From a candidate division WOR-3 bacterium (GTDB lineage: Bacteria; Hydrothermota; Tepidihabitantia; Tepidihabitantales; Tepidihabitantaceae), in assembly GCA_965648905.1 (NCBI GenBank), contig CBFGIT010000004.1, positions 81,433-145,432 on the forward strand: 64,000 nt of DNA, given 5' to 3'. Under the pieces are notes generated by a model. It was not told where the DNA came from. It made no database searches and saw only the letters and a program-made list of their open reading frames with translations. Below are positions 17,211 through 25,687 of this stretch, one piece after another (the stretch's first letter is position 1; each line of letters opens with the position of its first letter). The translations under genes were made by a program, and so were the position numbers.

Positions 17211-19466
17211 CTAGGTCTCGAGCAGCATCTTCATCAGGTTCGGCACGCCGTGGCCTTGATGGTACCGGTCACGGCCGATGTCGGTGCAGGTGCGCAGGAG
17301 TATCTCCTTGACTTCGTCGGGCCGGCCAATGAACTCCTTTCGGACCGAGAGGAATGCGGCGAGCAGGCCGGAGACGTGCGGCGCGGCCATGCTCGTGCCG
17401 CTCTCGGTGCGGTAGTAGCTGGCCGGATTCCCGGCCCGCAAGTGCGAGTCGCAGGAAAGAATTCTCTCGCCCGGCGCGACGACGTCGGGCTTGACGCGGC
17501 CGTCCGAAGTGGGGCCGCGCGAGGAGAACGCCGACACGCCGTAGAGGTGCGGACTGTCGGCACTGACCGAGCCGACCGCGATGCATTCTTCAAGGTTGGC
17601 CGGGTCGCCGATTGACATCGGGCTGTTGAGTTCGACCGAGCCGTCCGGGGTGTTCACCTCGACCTGACCTTCGTTGCCGCTGGCGACGACCACGAGCACG
17701 CCCGAGCGCCAGAGCCGTCTTAGCTCGGCGCAGATCGGGGTGAAGCCGCAGCCGTACACCGTGCTGTCGTACGGCCCGCCCAGACTCAGATTCAGGCCGT
17801 GGACATGGACCGAGGACATGTTCTCGTTCTGTTCGGCAATGTGGTCCAGTGCCTTGATAATCCAGGCGTCTTCGCCCGCGCCGTTGTCGTCCAGTACCTT
17901 GTAGACCACGAGTTTCGCCTCGGGCGCGATGCCGCTGGGCGTGCCCTTGTCGGACGCACCCGCGATGATGCCGGCGACGTGAGTTCCGTGGCCTTCGTGG
18001 TCGCGTTCGTCCGGCAATGGTCTGGGCCGGCCCGGCCTGGTGCAGTCCCAGACTTCGATGATGTTGGCATGCGGTCGGAAGTGGGGATGGTCGCGTCGAA
18101 CCCCGGTGTCGAGAACGGCCCAGGTGATGCCGCGGCCGAAGGCACGGTAGCTGGCCCAGGCCGCGTCGGCCTGAATGACCCGGCACGAGCGGGTCAGCAG
18201 CTTGCGCTTGACGTTGCTCTTCCACATCCGGTAGATGCGCAGGCCGCGGTAGTTGTGGGCTACTTCGCTCAACTCCTGCGGGGTGAGCGACGCGGAGACG
18301 AACCGGCGCAGTCGGTCAATCCGTGCGGCCTCGACCCCTTTCCGGCCGGACTGCTGTTCGACGATCTTCTCGATTTCGGACGCTGCGTGCTCGACGCGCA
18401 CGGCAAGGCTCGGGGAACCAGCGGCTTCCTGCTGTTCACGCGCCTGAACCTGAGCCTCGTCTTCGTCCAGGGCCTGAGCTCCGGGCTCGAGGATTTCAAC
18501 CAACACCGAGTGACGCGCCTCAACCGCCAGGTCTGCGGCCAAGTCTCGGGCGACGAGGAACCGAGCGCGTGTGTCGTAGCGGACGGCACGGTGGACGACC
18601 TCGCGTACCTCGGGCAGGGCCAGATAGCCTGAAGCCGCGTGGGGATTGAATCCCTCAAGGCGCCGGGCCCTGAGGTTGCTGACAATCCGGTCGGTGATGA
18701 AACCGCCGGGCCGGAAGTCGTTACTCAGTCCTTTGTCCATCGCCACCGGGTCGAACCGGTCGGCGAAATTGTGCCATTGCGCCACACCGGCCGGGACTTT
18801 GAGCGGGCAGGAGAGGAAGTCCTGGACTTCGGTGATGCCCAGGGGCGAGCCAATGGTGACGAGCTGGTTGACCGTCACCGGTGAGCGCTCGGCCAGCACT
18901 TCGAGCGTGATAATTGTCCCCTGGCTGTGGGCGACAATTGTCACCGGCTCATGCAGGTTCTTCAGCACGTCAATCAGGACCTTGCGCGCCCGGTCTCTCA
19001 CACCCGGCTTGAAGAAGTAGGCAGCCGTGTCCTTGACAAAGCGTTCGAGAAACGCCCGGGCCAGAGGCCGGCGCCAGGCGGCGGGCAGGGGCAGGATTCT
19101 CTTCTGCACGCCCGCGGCCCGGACGCCGCCCGACTCAGGAATCTGAACCCCGAGCCGGGATGCCAGGGCGCGGGAGAACCGCTGGATGTCGTCGTTCTCT
19201 TCGGCGAGTCCGGCTTCGCGCAGCAGCGCGTCAATGTCGAACCTTGAATCGGAGCGGACCGTCTTGGTGCTGACTGCGGGTCCGCCCGGATGGAGGATAT
19301 CGGCCCAGTAGGCCAGCTTCGTCTGCGAGCCCATCTCCCGGCCGAACAGGGCCAGGTCCCACTCGCGCTTCAGCACATCGGGTGCCGCTTGCGCCCCGAT
19401 GCCGTGGACGTACACGACGAGCTGGTGCCCGCCGTCACTACTTGCCTTGGCGCTCTTCTTGCTCAT
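17211..19466 (-). CDS. Alpha/beta-hydrolase + S8 subtilase fusion, no signal peptide
   Basis: N-terminal VHGIG, AHSQG, TIGSP, DPVA, NPH; C-terminal AVLDTG, HGTHVAG, SGNEG, GTSMAAP; ATG 19466 after AAGGAG. Confidence 0.88.
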   Translation of the reverse strand: MSKKSAKASSDGGHQLVVYVHGIGAQAAPDVLKREWDLALFGREMGSQTKLAYWADILHPGGPAVSTKTVRSDSRFDIDALLREAGLAEENDDIQRFSRALASRLGVQIPESGGVRAAGVQKRILPLPAAWRRPLARAFLERFVKDTAAYFFKPGVRDRARKVLIDVLKNLHEPVTIVAHSQGTIITLEVLAERSPVTVNQLVTIGSPLGITEVQDFLSCPLKVPAGVAQWHNFADRFDPVAMDKGLSNDFRPGGFITDRIVSNLRARRLEGFNPHAASGYLALPEVREVVHRAVRYDTRARFLVARDLAADLAVEARHSVLVEILEPGAQALDEDEAQVQAREQQEAAGSPSLAVRVEHAASEIEKIVEQQSGRKGVEAARIDRLRRFVSASLTPQELSEVAHNYRGLRIYRMWKSNVKRKLLTRSCRVIQADAAWASYRAFGRGITWAVLDTGVRRDHPHFRPHANIIEVWDCTRPGRPRPLPDERDHEGHGTHVAGIIAGASDKGTPSGIAPEAKLVVYKVLDDNGAGEDAWIIKALDHIAEQNENMSSVHVHGLNLSLGGPYDSTVYGCGFTPICAELRRLWRSGVLVVVASGNEGQVEVNTPDGSVELNSPMSIGDPANLEECIAVGSVSADSPHLYGVSAFSSRGPTSDGRVKPDVVAPGERILSCDSHLRAGNPASYYRTESGTSMAAPHVSGLLAAFLSVRKEFIGRPDEVKEILLRTCTDIGRDRYHQGHGVPNLMKMLLET

Positions 19467-19709
19467 CTCATCGTCTCCTTCTTCAGAACAGGCACTTGCC
19501 GCCCGGCGTTGCGGTGCGACTGCCTGGACTGGCTGGTCGAACCATTGCTCGCCCGCACGCAGATGCTGACCACAGGAACAATCTAGCGCTGTCGTTCCCG
19601 AAGTCAAGCGTAGCCAGATGACGACTGCGCACGCTTGCAGTACAATGTGTTGTGGTCTCAGAGAACGTCAACGGGCTGCGGGCTGCCCAGCGACTTGAAA
19701 GGAGCAAGT

Positions 19710-20456
19710 GTGAGGAATCTACGAGCGTGGTGCTTCCTGGCAGTTGGTCTCAGCTCGGTCGGAGCGACCGTGAATCCGCGTGACTCAGGACAGCTCAACC
19801 TGCTGCCCGAGCGCCACACGGTGCTCAAGACAGTGAAACTGCCTGAGCCCGTTGCCGACGGCAAAGTGTCGGTCGAGGCGGCGCTCAAGGCGCGGCGCTC
19901 GGTTCGCCAGTACGGCAAGGCCGGGCTCAGCCTGGCCCAAGTGTCGCAACTGCTTTGGGCCGCGTACGGCGTGAGCAAGCCGGTGCCCGAGGTCGCAGCG
20001 CTGGGCGGCGGACTCCGGACCGCGCCTTCGGCCGGCGCCTGCTACCCGCTTGAGGTCTATCTGGTCGCAGGCAAAGTTACCGGTCTCGAGGCAGGCATAT
20101 ATCGCTATGAGCCGGCAACGCACGAGCTGCAACAGCTCGCCCGCGGCGACAAGCGTGCGGCCTTGTGTGAGGCGTCGTGGAACCAGGCATTTGTCAAGGC
20201 TGCGCCCGCGTCGATTGTCTACTCGGCAGTGTACGAGCGTACCACCCGGCGCTACGGCGCGCGCGGCCGGGACCGCTATGTCTGCATGGACCTTGGCCAC
20301 TCAGCCGAGAACGTCTATCTCCAGTGCGTGGCGCTGGGACTGGGGACCTGTGCGGTCGGCGCGTTCTCGGACGACGACGTGCGGCAGGTCATGGGGCTGA
20401 CCCGGTCTGAGGAACCGCTCTACATCATGCCCGTGGGTCGGCTGGTTGAGGAATGA
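19710..20456 (+). CDS. SagB/ThcOx-family nitroreductase
   Basis: ARRSVRQY, SQLLWAAYG, RTAPSAGACYPLE, GHSAENVYL; GTG 19710 after AAAGGAG; signal-peptide-like N-terminus. Confidence 0.9.
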   Translation: MRNLRAWCFLAVGLSSVGATVNPRDSGQLNLLPERHTVLKTVKLPEPVADGKVSVEAALKARRSVRQYGKAGLSLAQVSQLLWAAYGVSKPVPEVAALGGGLRTAPSAGACYPLEVYLVAGKVTGLEAGIYRYEPATHELQQLARGDKRAALCEASWNQAFVKAAPASIVYSAVYERTTRRYGARGRDRYVCMDLGHSAENVYLQCVALGLGTCAVGAFSDDDVRQVMGLTRSEEPLYIMPVGRLVEE

Positions 20457-20494
20457 CCAAGCCAGCCGCCCTTCGCCGTGCGCTGCGCTGCCGG

Positions 20495-21697
20495 CTACTT
20501 CTTGCCGTACAACTCGCCGTTGAAGTAGTACTCGCTCCAGTAGGTCTGGCCGTTTTCGACGTGCACCCGGTACTCTATCTCGCGCTGGTTGCCGTTCTCG
20601 TAGGTAATGACCAGCACGCCCTGCTCTTTGGTGCCGCGCGCGGTCCAGCGACCCGAAGTCTGGTCTGACCGAGCCGTGCCCCAGGTCAGGTCTTCGTTGC
20701 CGTACTGGTCGCTGGAGCTGCCCGAGTAGCTTGCCTCGTAGTTCTCGGCATACGTGCCGTCAGCCAGGAGATGAACGTAGGTCGCAGTGCTCTTGGTGTA
20801 GTTGTACCAGGTGCCGGCAAAGTGCTCTGTCAGGCCGGTTCCGGCCACGCGCTTGTACCTGATGCTGCGGGCAAGGTCAAGCCCGGCCTGAGACAGACGG
20901 CTGCTGAACTTCTCCGGCGCCGCCGCCGCGATAACGTAGGCGCCGCCGCCATAAGGCGAGAGCGTGCCGATGCCTCGAGCCTTGGTCTTTTCGCCCTGCC
21001 AGGACCCGGTGTAGTCGCCGCTCAGCGTGTTCTCGCCCGACTGTTTCAGCTCGCCGGACAGGACCAGTTGGCCGTCTTCTTCTTCGAGACCGGCCTGCAT
21101 TTCGGCTCTCATTGCTCCAAGGTTCTGGGCCGAATGGGGCAGGACGAGAATCATGCCGGCAATCGAGTCGTGCCCGAGCAGTGCGCCTTGCGGCTGCACC
21201 CGGGCGCGCCAGCCTTTCGGAGCCGTGAACGAGAAGCCCCAGCCGGCGCTAGTCAGGTCGGCGTCCGACTCCTTCGGTGCGCGGTCGTTGCGTGCCGCCT
21301 GGGCCGAGCCCGGCTTGCCCGGCGCAGGCTCTGCCGCACCGGCGCTTTTCGTTCTGGTGAAAGTCAACTGCACTGCGTTCTGGAAGTCGGGCATGCCTTC
21401 TTCGTCGGACGGCACAAGCATGAACTCAAGGTCGTTGCCATCGAGTTCGGCCTCGAAGTAGTAGCTTGAGCCGGCACCAGTGCAGGTTCCGCTTGCCTCA
21501 CCTGACTCTGCGGTCCCGGACAGGCTGAGCTTCTTGCCGCCGCCGAGCACGAGCGAACCGGTAAGAGTTCCGTCGCCCGACTGAGTCAGACTCAGCGACT
21601 GGCCCTCACCGGTGGCATACGTCCCGGAAAAATCCTGACCGGCCGCGCTGCCGAGCAGCGCTGAGCACACCATTACCGTTGTTAGGAACATACGCAC
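20495..21697 (-). CDS. Secreted hypothetical protein
   Basis: 400-aa ORF with signal peptide; last gene of the lipoprotein operon. Confidence 0.7.
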   Translation of the reverse strand: MRMFLTTVMVCSALLGSAAGQDFSGTYATGEGQSLSLTQSGDGTLTGSLVLGGGKKLSLSGTAESGEASGTCTGAGSSYYFEAELDGNDLEFMLVPSDEEGMPDFQNAVQLTFTRTKSAGAAEPAPGKPGSAQAARNDRAPKESDADLTSAGWGFSFTAPKGWRARVQPQGALLGHDSIAGMILVLPHSAQNLGAMRAEMQAGLEEEDGQLVLSGELKQSGENTLSGDYTGSWQGEKTKARGIGTLSPYGGGAYVIAAAAPEKFSSRLSQAGLDLARSIRYKRVAGTGLTEHFAGTWYNYTKSTATYVHLLADGTYAENYEASYSGSSSDQYGNEDLTWGTARSDQTSGRWTARGTKEQGVLVITYENGNQREIEYRVHVENGQTYWSEYYFNGELYGKK

Positions 21698-21721
21698 GTT
21701 GCCTCCTCTGCTTGCCGTGCC

Positions 21722-22495
21722 TCACCGGGCGACGAACCCGACCGATGGGGCGTACACCGCACAGCCGAACAGCCCGACTGCACCGCTGACATTGCCACCG
21801 GCAAGGAGCAGGTCCAGTCCGCCCTTTTTCCAGCCGCCATTGACCGCGATGATGCTGAAGACGTAGTTGCCCGGCACCGTGACACCGGTTGAGTCCTTGA
21901 ACGCGCTTGCCGGCACGACGCAGAAGGTGTCGGTCACAGCCGCGCTCCAGCCTTCGGCCGCGCTGCCTGAGTCAGCCGGGCTGACCCCGACGATGTAGCG
22001 ACGGCAACTGTCCGATTTGGTCCAGACCGCACGCAGCGTATCAGTTCCGATGCGGAACGAATCACCGGGCATAGGCTTGACAATGGAGAAGCTGTCGGGC
22101 AGAAACGCATAGGCGGTCACGCGCCGGCCGTCGTCGAGCTTCACTTCGAGGTCATAGCGGGCCTTGTACTGAAGGCTCAGGGCCGGCTCAAAGTAGATGC
22201 CGGGCAGCCGCTGGGCCACACTTGTCGTGTTGAGCTTGGTTTCGGCCCCGCCAACCGGCGTGATTGTTGCCGGAAAGATGCTTGTTCCGAACGAGGTGTC
22301 GGTCGGGTCGGGCGTACTCAGCCAGTCGTCCTGAAGGATGTTCTGCACTGTAGCCTCGCCCAAGAGTATCGAGGCGGTGTTGCTCTCCGGTGAGAGGGTC
22401 TTTGCCACCTGGCCGGTGATAACGAGCGTCGAGTACTTCTCCACTTCGCACCCGGCGACCGCGAGCACCAGCACGAGCGCCAGCACGTGCGCCAT
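21722..22495 (-). CDS. DUF4249-like lipoprotein
   Basis: MAHVLALVLVLAVAGC lipobox; PGIY...YDLEVKL...VTA...LPDSFSI; start uncertain because of the upstream heptamer tract. Confidence 0.65.
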   Translation of the reverse strand: MAHVLALVLVLAVAGCEVEKYSTLVITGQVAKTLSPESNTASILLGEATVQNILQDDWLSTPDPTDTSFGTSIFPATITPVGGAETKLNTTSVAQRLPGIYFEPALSLQYKARYDLEVKLDDGRRVTAYAFLPDSFSIVKPMPGDSFRIGTDTLRAVWTKSDSCRRYIVGVSPADSGSAAEGWSAAVTDTFCVVPASAFKDSTGVTVPGNYVFSIIAVNGGWKKGGLDLLLAGGNVSGAVGLFGCAVYAPSVGFVAR

Positions 22496-22583
22496 TCGCC
22501 GTTCGCTATTCGCCTTTCGCCTCTCGCCGTTCCGCATTTTGCAATCTGCACTTTGCATTCTGCATTCTGCCTTCGTCTGCCAT
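22494..22583. repeat. Tandem degenerate heptamer repeats (TTCGCCN and TTCTGCA types)
   Basis: attcgcc gttcgct attcgcc tttcgcc tctcgcc ... ttttgca atctgca ctttgca ttctgca ttctgcc. Confidence 0.85.
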
Positions 22584-22585
22584 AG

Positions 22586-23833
22586 CTATTGTCTGTCTCC
22601 TGTCCGGTCAGTGAACACGATTTCAATCCGGTTGCCCTCGAGGCCGCGAACCGTAAATGGGATGTCGAGGCCCCGGGTCACGAGGTCGTCGAGCACTTCC
22701 TGAGAAGACGATTCCGAGACGACTTCAAGCAGTGCGGTCGAGCCGGTCAGGTCGCGCTGGACCACGCTCGTGACGCCGCGCACTTTGGCGAGAATCTCGG
22801 TCTTGAGCTTCTGCGCCCGTGCAAAGTCGGCGTTGCTTGCGGAAATCTGGGTAATGTTGACCCGCTTCTTCCAGCCCCGGAGAATCTTCGCGATGAGCTC
22901 GGCCGAAACCGAGTCGGCAGCTTCCTTGCGGGCGTTGTCGGCGCTGAAAGGCAGTTCGCGGGTGAGGGCCGAAGCTGCCACCACTTCCGCAGTCGCAACG
23001 TTCACCGCCCGCACGCTCAGGCTCACCTTGAAGAACTCGGTTGTGCCGCCTGAGTAGGGGATGCTCTTCTGGGTGCTGGAACGCTGGGCTGTGCCGGCAA
23101 CGACAATCTCGGCCCCGGTCTTCAGGCCGATGAGCTGGGCCGCAGCCAGGTCGCCTTCGAGGACTTTCTTGAGCTGCTCTTTCTCCAGGTTCTTCCGGAC
23201 CGTGGCCGCGTCGACAACCGGGAAGCCCTTGGACTGAAACGCGTCGACGAGCATCGTCTCAATCATCTCCTGGGACATCATCCGGTCGTCCACCAGAATG
23301 TCTGAGAGGTTGTCGAGCTCCTTGACCACAACCATGATTCTGGGACGGCCCTGCTCAGCCACCAGGATGCCGATGGCCGAGAGGTCGTCCTCGATTCGCT
23401 CGAGCTTCACCCGCGCCCGGACAACCACGCGGTACAGTTCGCCTTCCTGGCCTTCGGTGATGACCCGGTACGACGATACGTAGCCGCTGGCCTGGGAGTA
23501 AATCCGGTCCGACAGCAACTGGAAGTTCTGCACTCTCGATTCGGACGAGACAAACGTGCCCACGCCTTGCTCGACCGCCTTGCGCAGGGCGTCTTTCAGC
23601 GCATGGTCTCGGGCAATGTCAGCCCCGCCCGCGGTCAGTGCGGCTTTGCCTTCAGCCAACACCTCGGTTCCTTCACCGCTGGCCAGCACGACTTCCTGGC
23701 CGGGTGTGGTTGCGGTGCGAGCCGGAGCCGGTGGCGCGTACGCCGGGACAACGCACCCGGCCGCAAACAGCAGCCAGCAGGCCAGAGCGCAGAACGGGCT
23801 GAGTCCACTCAGTTTGAATTCTAGGGTTCGCAT
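22586..23833 (-). CDS. Lipoprotein with FlgT N-terminal-like domain
   Basis: Lipobox AAGC; AEGKA...ARDHALKDALRKAVEQGVGTFVSSES...GYVSSY. Confidence 0.75.
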   Translation of the reverse strand: MRTLEFKLSGLSPFCALACWLLFAAGCVVPAYAPPAPARTATTPGQEVVLASGEGTEVLAEGKAALTAGGADIARDHALKDALRKAVEQGVGTFVSSESRVQNFQLLSDRIYSQASGYVSSYRVITEGQEGELYRVVVRARVKLERIEDDLSAIGILVAEQGRPRIMVVVKELDNLSDILVDDRMMSQEMIETMLVDAFQSKGFPVVDAATVRKNLEKEQLKKVLEGDLAAAQLIGLKTGAEIVVAGTAQRSSTQKSIPYSGGTTEFFKVSLSVRAVNVATAEVVAASALTRELPFSADNARKEAADSVSAELIAKILRGWKKRVNITQISASNADFARAQKLKTEILAKVRGVTSVVQRDLTGSTALLEVVSESSSQEVLDDLVTRGLDIPFTVRGLEGNRIEIVFTDRTGDRQ

Positions 23834-23855
23834 CTTGACGTCCGCCCGGGCGAAG

Positions 23856-24836
23856 CTACAGCATCAGCTTGACGAGGAACCGGCCCGCGTCAAACAGGTA
23901 CCTGGCTCCGTCTTTGAGCCACTTCAGCTTGTCGGCATCGAGCTTGCCGATGACGATGTCTGACCCGAGCTTGCCGCGTATCTGCTTGACCTTCAGCACC
24001 AGCGGCTGGTTGCCGAGCTTCTTGTTGGCCAGCACTTCATCGAGCGCGCGAATGAACTGCACCGCGGCCTGACCCGACTTGCCGGCATACTTCAGATAGT
24101 CCTTGGTGTCGAGCAGCAGGTTTCCGTCCTCGTCGTAGATTTTGGGGAAAAGGGCCGGCTTCAGGCCGGTGTTGCCCGCGTCCATGACCAGCCCGCCGTA
24201 CTGCTCGAAGAACTCACGCACGCGCGGCGAAAGACCGGCCGCGGCGACCTCGCCCTTTGGCCCAAGCACCGGAGCCAGCGCCTGTTCCAGGCTGCTGTCG
24301 CCGTACATCGGCATCTCCAGTTCGACTTCGACCGTGCCTGCGACCGAGTCGTACCTGGCCGGGCCAAGCTGACGTGCTCCTTTGACGATACCCTCGACAT
24401 GGGTGTAGACCACGTCGTAGTCGGTCATGAAGTTCTGCACCCTGGTGTCGGAATCCACCCGCACGCCCTTGACGATTTCGAGAAGGTTGCGCTGGGCCAC
24501 GACCACCGCGGCCCGTTCGGCCATGAGCCGGGCCTGGGCTTTGTTCATGTTGCCCGGGTCCATCACCCCGGTGCCGCGGGCCCGGACGGTCTTGCCCGAC
24601 CAGTCAACCATGCCGCCCGGCACCGGCTCGGCGACGTCGCCCGGTGCGGAGACTGGCCCGAGCGGAACCGGCGCAGTGAACTGCGTCTCCTCGCTCGGTA
24701 GCGGCGCGACCGGCTGTGTCCCGGTGACCGAGCTTGAACCGACGGTCCCGCTCGTCGCGCAGCCGGCCAGCAGCAGCGCTAAACCCGTCGCCAGCCACGG
24801 TCGGCATTTCTGCGTTCTGCATTCGTCTGCCATCAC
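23856..24836 (-). CDS. LPP20-like lipoprotein
   Basis: Lipobox LAGC; VDWS..TVRARGTG...ARLMAERAAVVVAQRNLLEIVKGVRVDS. Confidence 0.75.
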   Translation of the reverse strand: MMADECRTQKCRPWLATGLALLLAGCATSGTVGSSSVTGTQPVAPLPSEETQFTAPVPLGPVSAPGDVAEPVPGGMVDWSGKTVRARGTGVMDPGNMNKAQARLMAERAAVVVAQRNLLEIVKGVRVDSDTRVQNFMTDYDVVYTHVEGIVKGARQLGPARYDSVAGTVEVELEMPMYGDSSLEQALAPVLGPKGEVAAAGLSPRVREFFEQYGGLVMDAGNTGLKPALFPKIYDEDGNLLLDTKDYLKYAGKSGQAAVQFIRALDEVLANKKLGNQPLVLKVKQIRGKLGSDIVIGKLDADKLKWLKDGARYLFDAGRFLVKLML

Positions 24837-25420
24837 TGCTGCCTTCCTTTCACGACCATCGGATTCATCGCCACATCGAGCGCGGCCTGGAGCGCCTCGT
24901 CCGCGCCGGAAAAGCTCGAGCCTTCGCCCTGTGAGTAGTACAGGACCTCGCCGGTCTCAACCCGGATGATCTTGACGTAGAGTTTCGCGTCGCGCTGGTC
25001 TGGCGAGTCGGAGAAGAAGTCGTCGTGTTTGACCGAGTTGACGTTCACCAGCATCACCGCCTCGGCGCCCATCAGCTTGCCCAGTCGGGCTGCGGTGCCG
25101 GCGTCAACTGCGCCTGAGGCCGAGAATTGCTGCTCGGCCAGAATCCGCTCGACTTCGCTGCGGTCCACGAGCATCACTTTGGACGTGCGCATCAGGGCCA
25201 AGCCGGCATGGTCGTAGAGCAGGCTGGTCGGTACGCTGGTCAGGCTCGCGGTCGGTGGCAGGACCGCAATCCGCCACATCCGGCTCAGGTCGAAGTTCGG
25301 GGACATCGAATAGGTGCCGGCCTGCTCCTGCATGCGCTGCATCTGCGCCGGTGTGAAACAACCGGCAAGCAGCGCACACATCAGCGGTGCAACGGCCACG
25401 GACAACGGACGTAATCTCAA
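24833..25420 (-). CDS. CsgG/HfaB-like lipoprotein
   Basis: Lipobox LAGC; RIAVLP, LVDRSEVERILAEQ, AARLGKLMGAEAV, VETGEV; TTG 25420 after GAGGAG (the track's TTG at 25543 is the -35 box). Confidence 0.8.
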   Translation of the reverse strand: MRLRPLSVAVAPLMCALLAGCFTPAQMQRMQEQAGTYSMSPNFDLSRMWRIAVLPPTASLTSVPTSLLYDHAGLALMRTSKVMLVDRSEVERILAEQQFSASGAVDAGTAARLGKLMGAEAVMLVNVNSVKHDDFFSDSPDQRDAKLYVKIIRVETGEVLYYSQGEGSSFSGADEALQAALDVAMNPMVVKGRQQ

Positions 25421-25687
25421 TGCACTACTCCTCTCGCTTGCGGCGGGTACTGCCACCAGTTTCGCCGTCGAAACTGGATGGCAGTCCCTCGCCTCTTGGG
25501 GGTTGGCTGGGCAGATTATCCGACCATATCGCTGGCCTGTCAACTTTGACGCCCCGGTTGTTGCTTGACCGTGACCGCCGCCGGGTTATGATATGATGGC
25601 GTGCGAGGCCTGTTCCGCGGGTTCGGGCCTCGTTGTGGTCACCCCCCGCGGCGTAGATTAGTCGGTGTTCTCTAAGGAGGCTAGACA

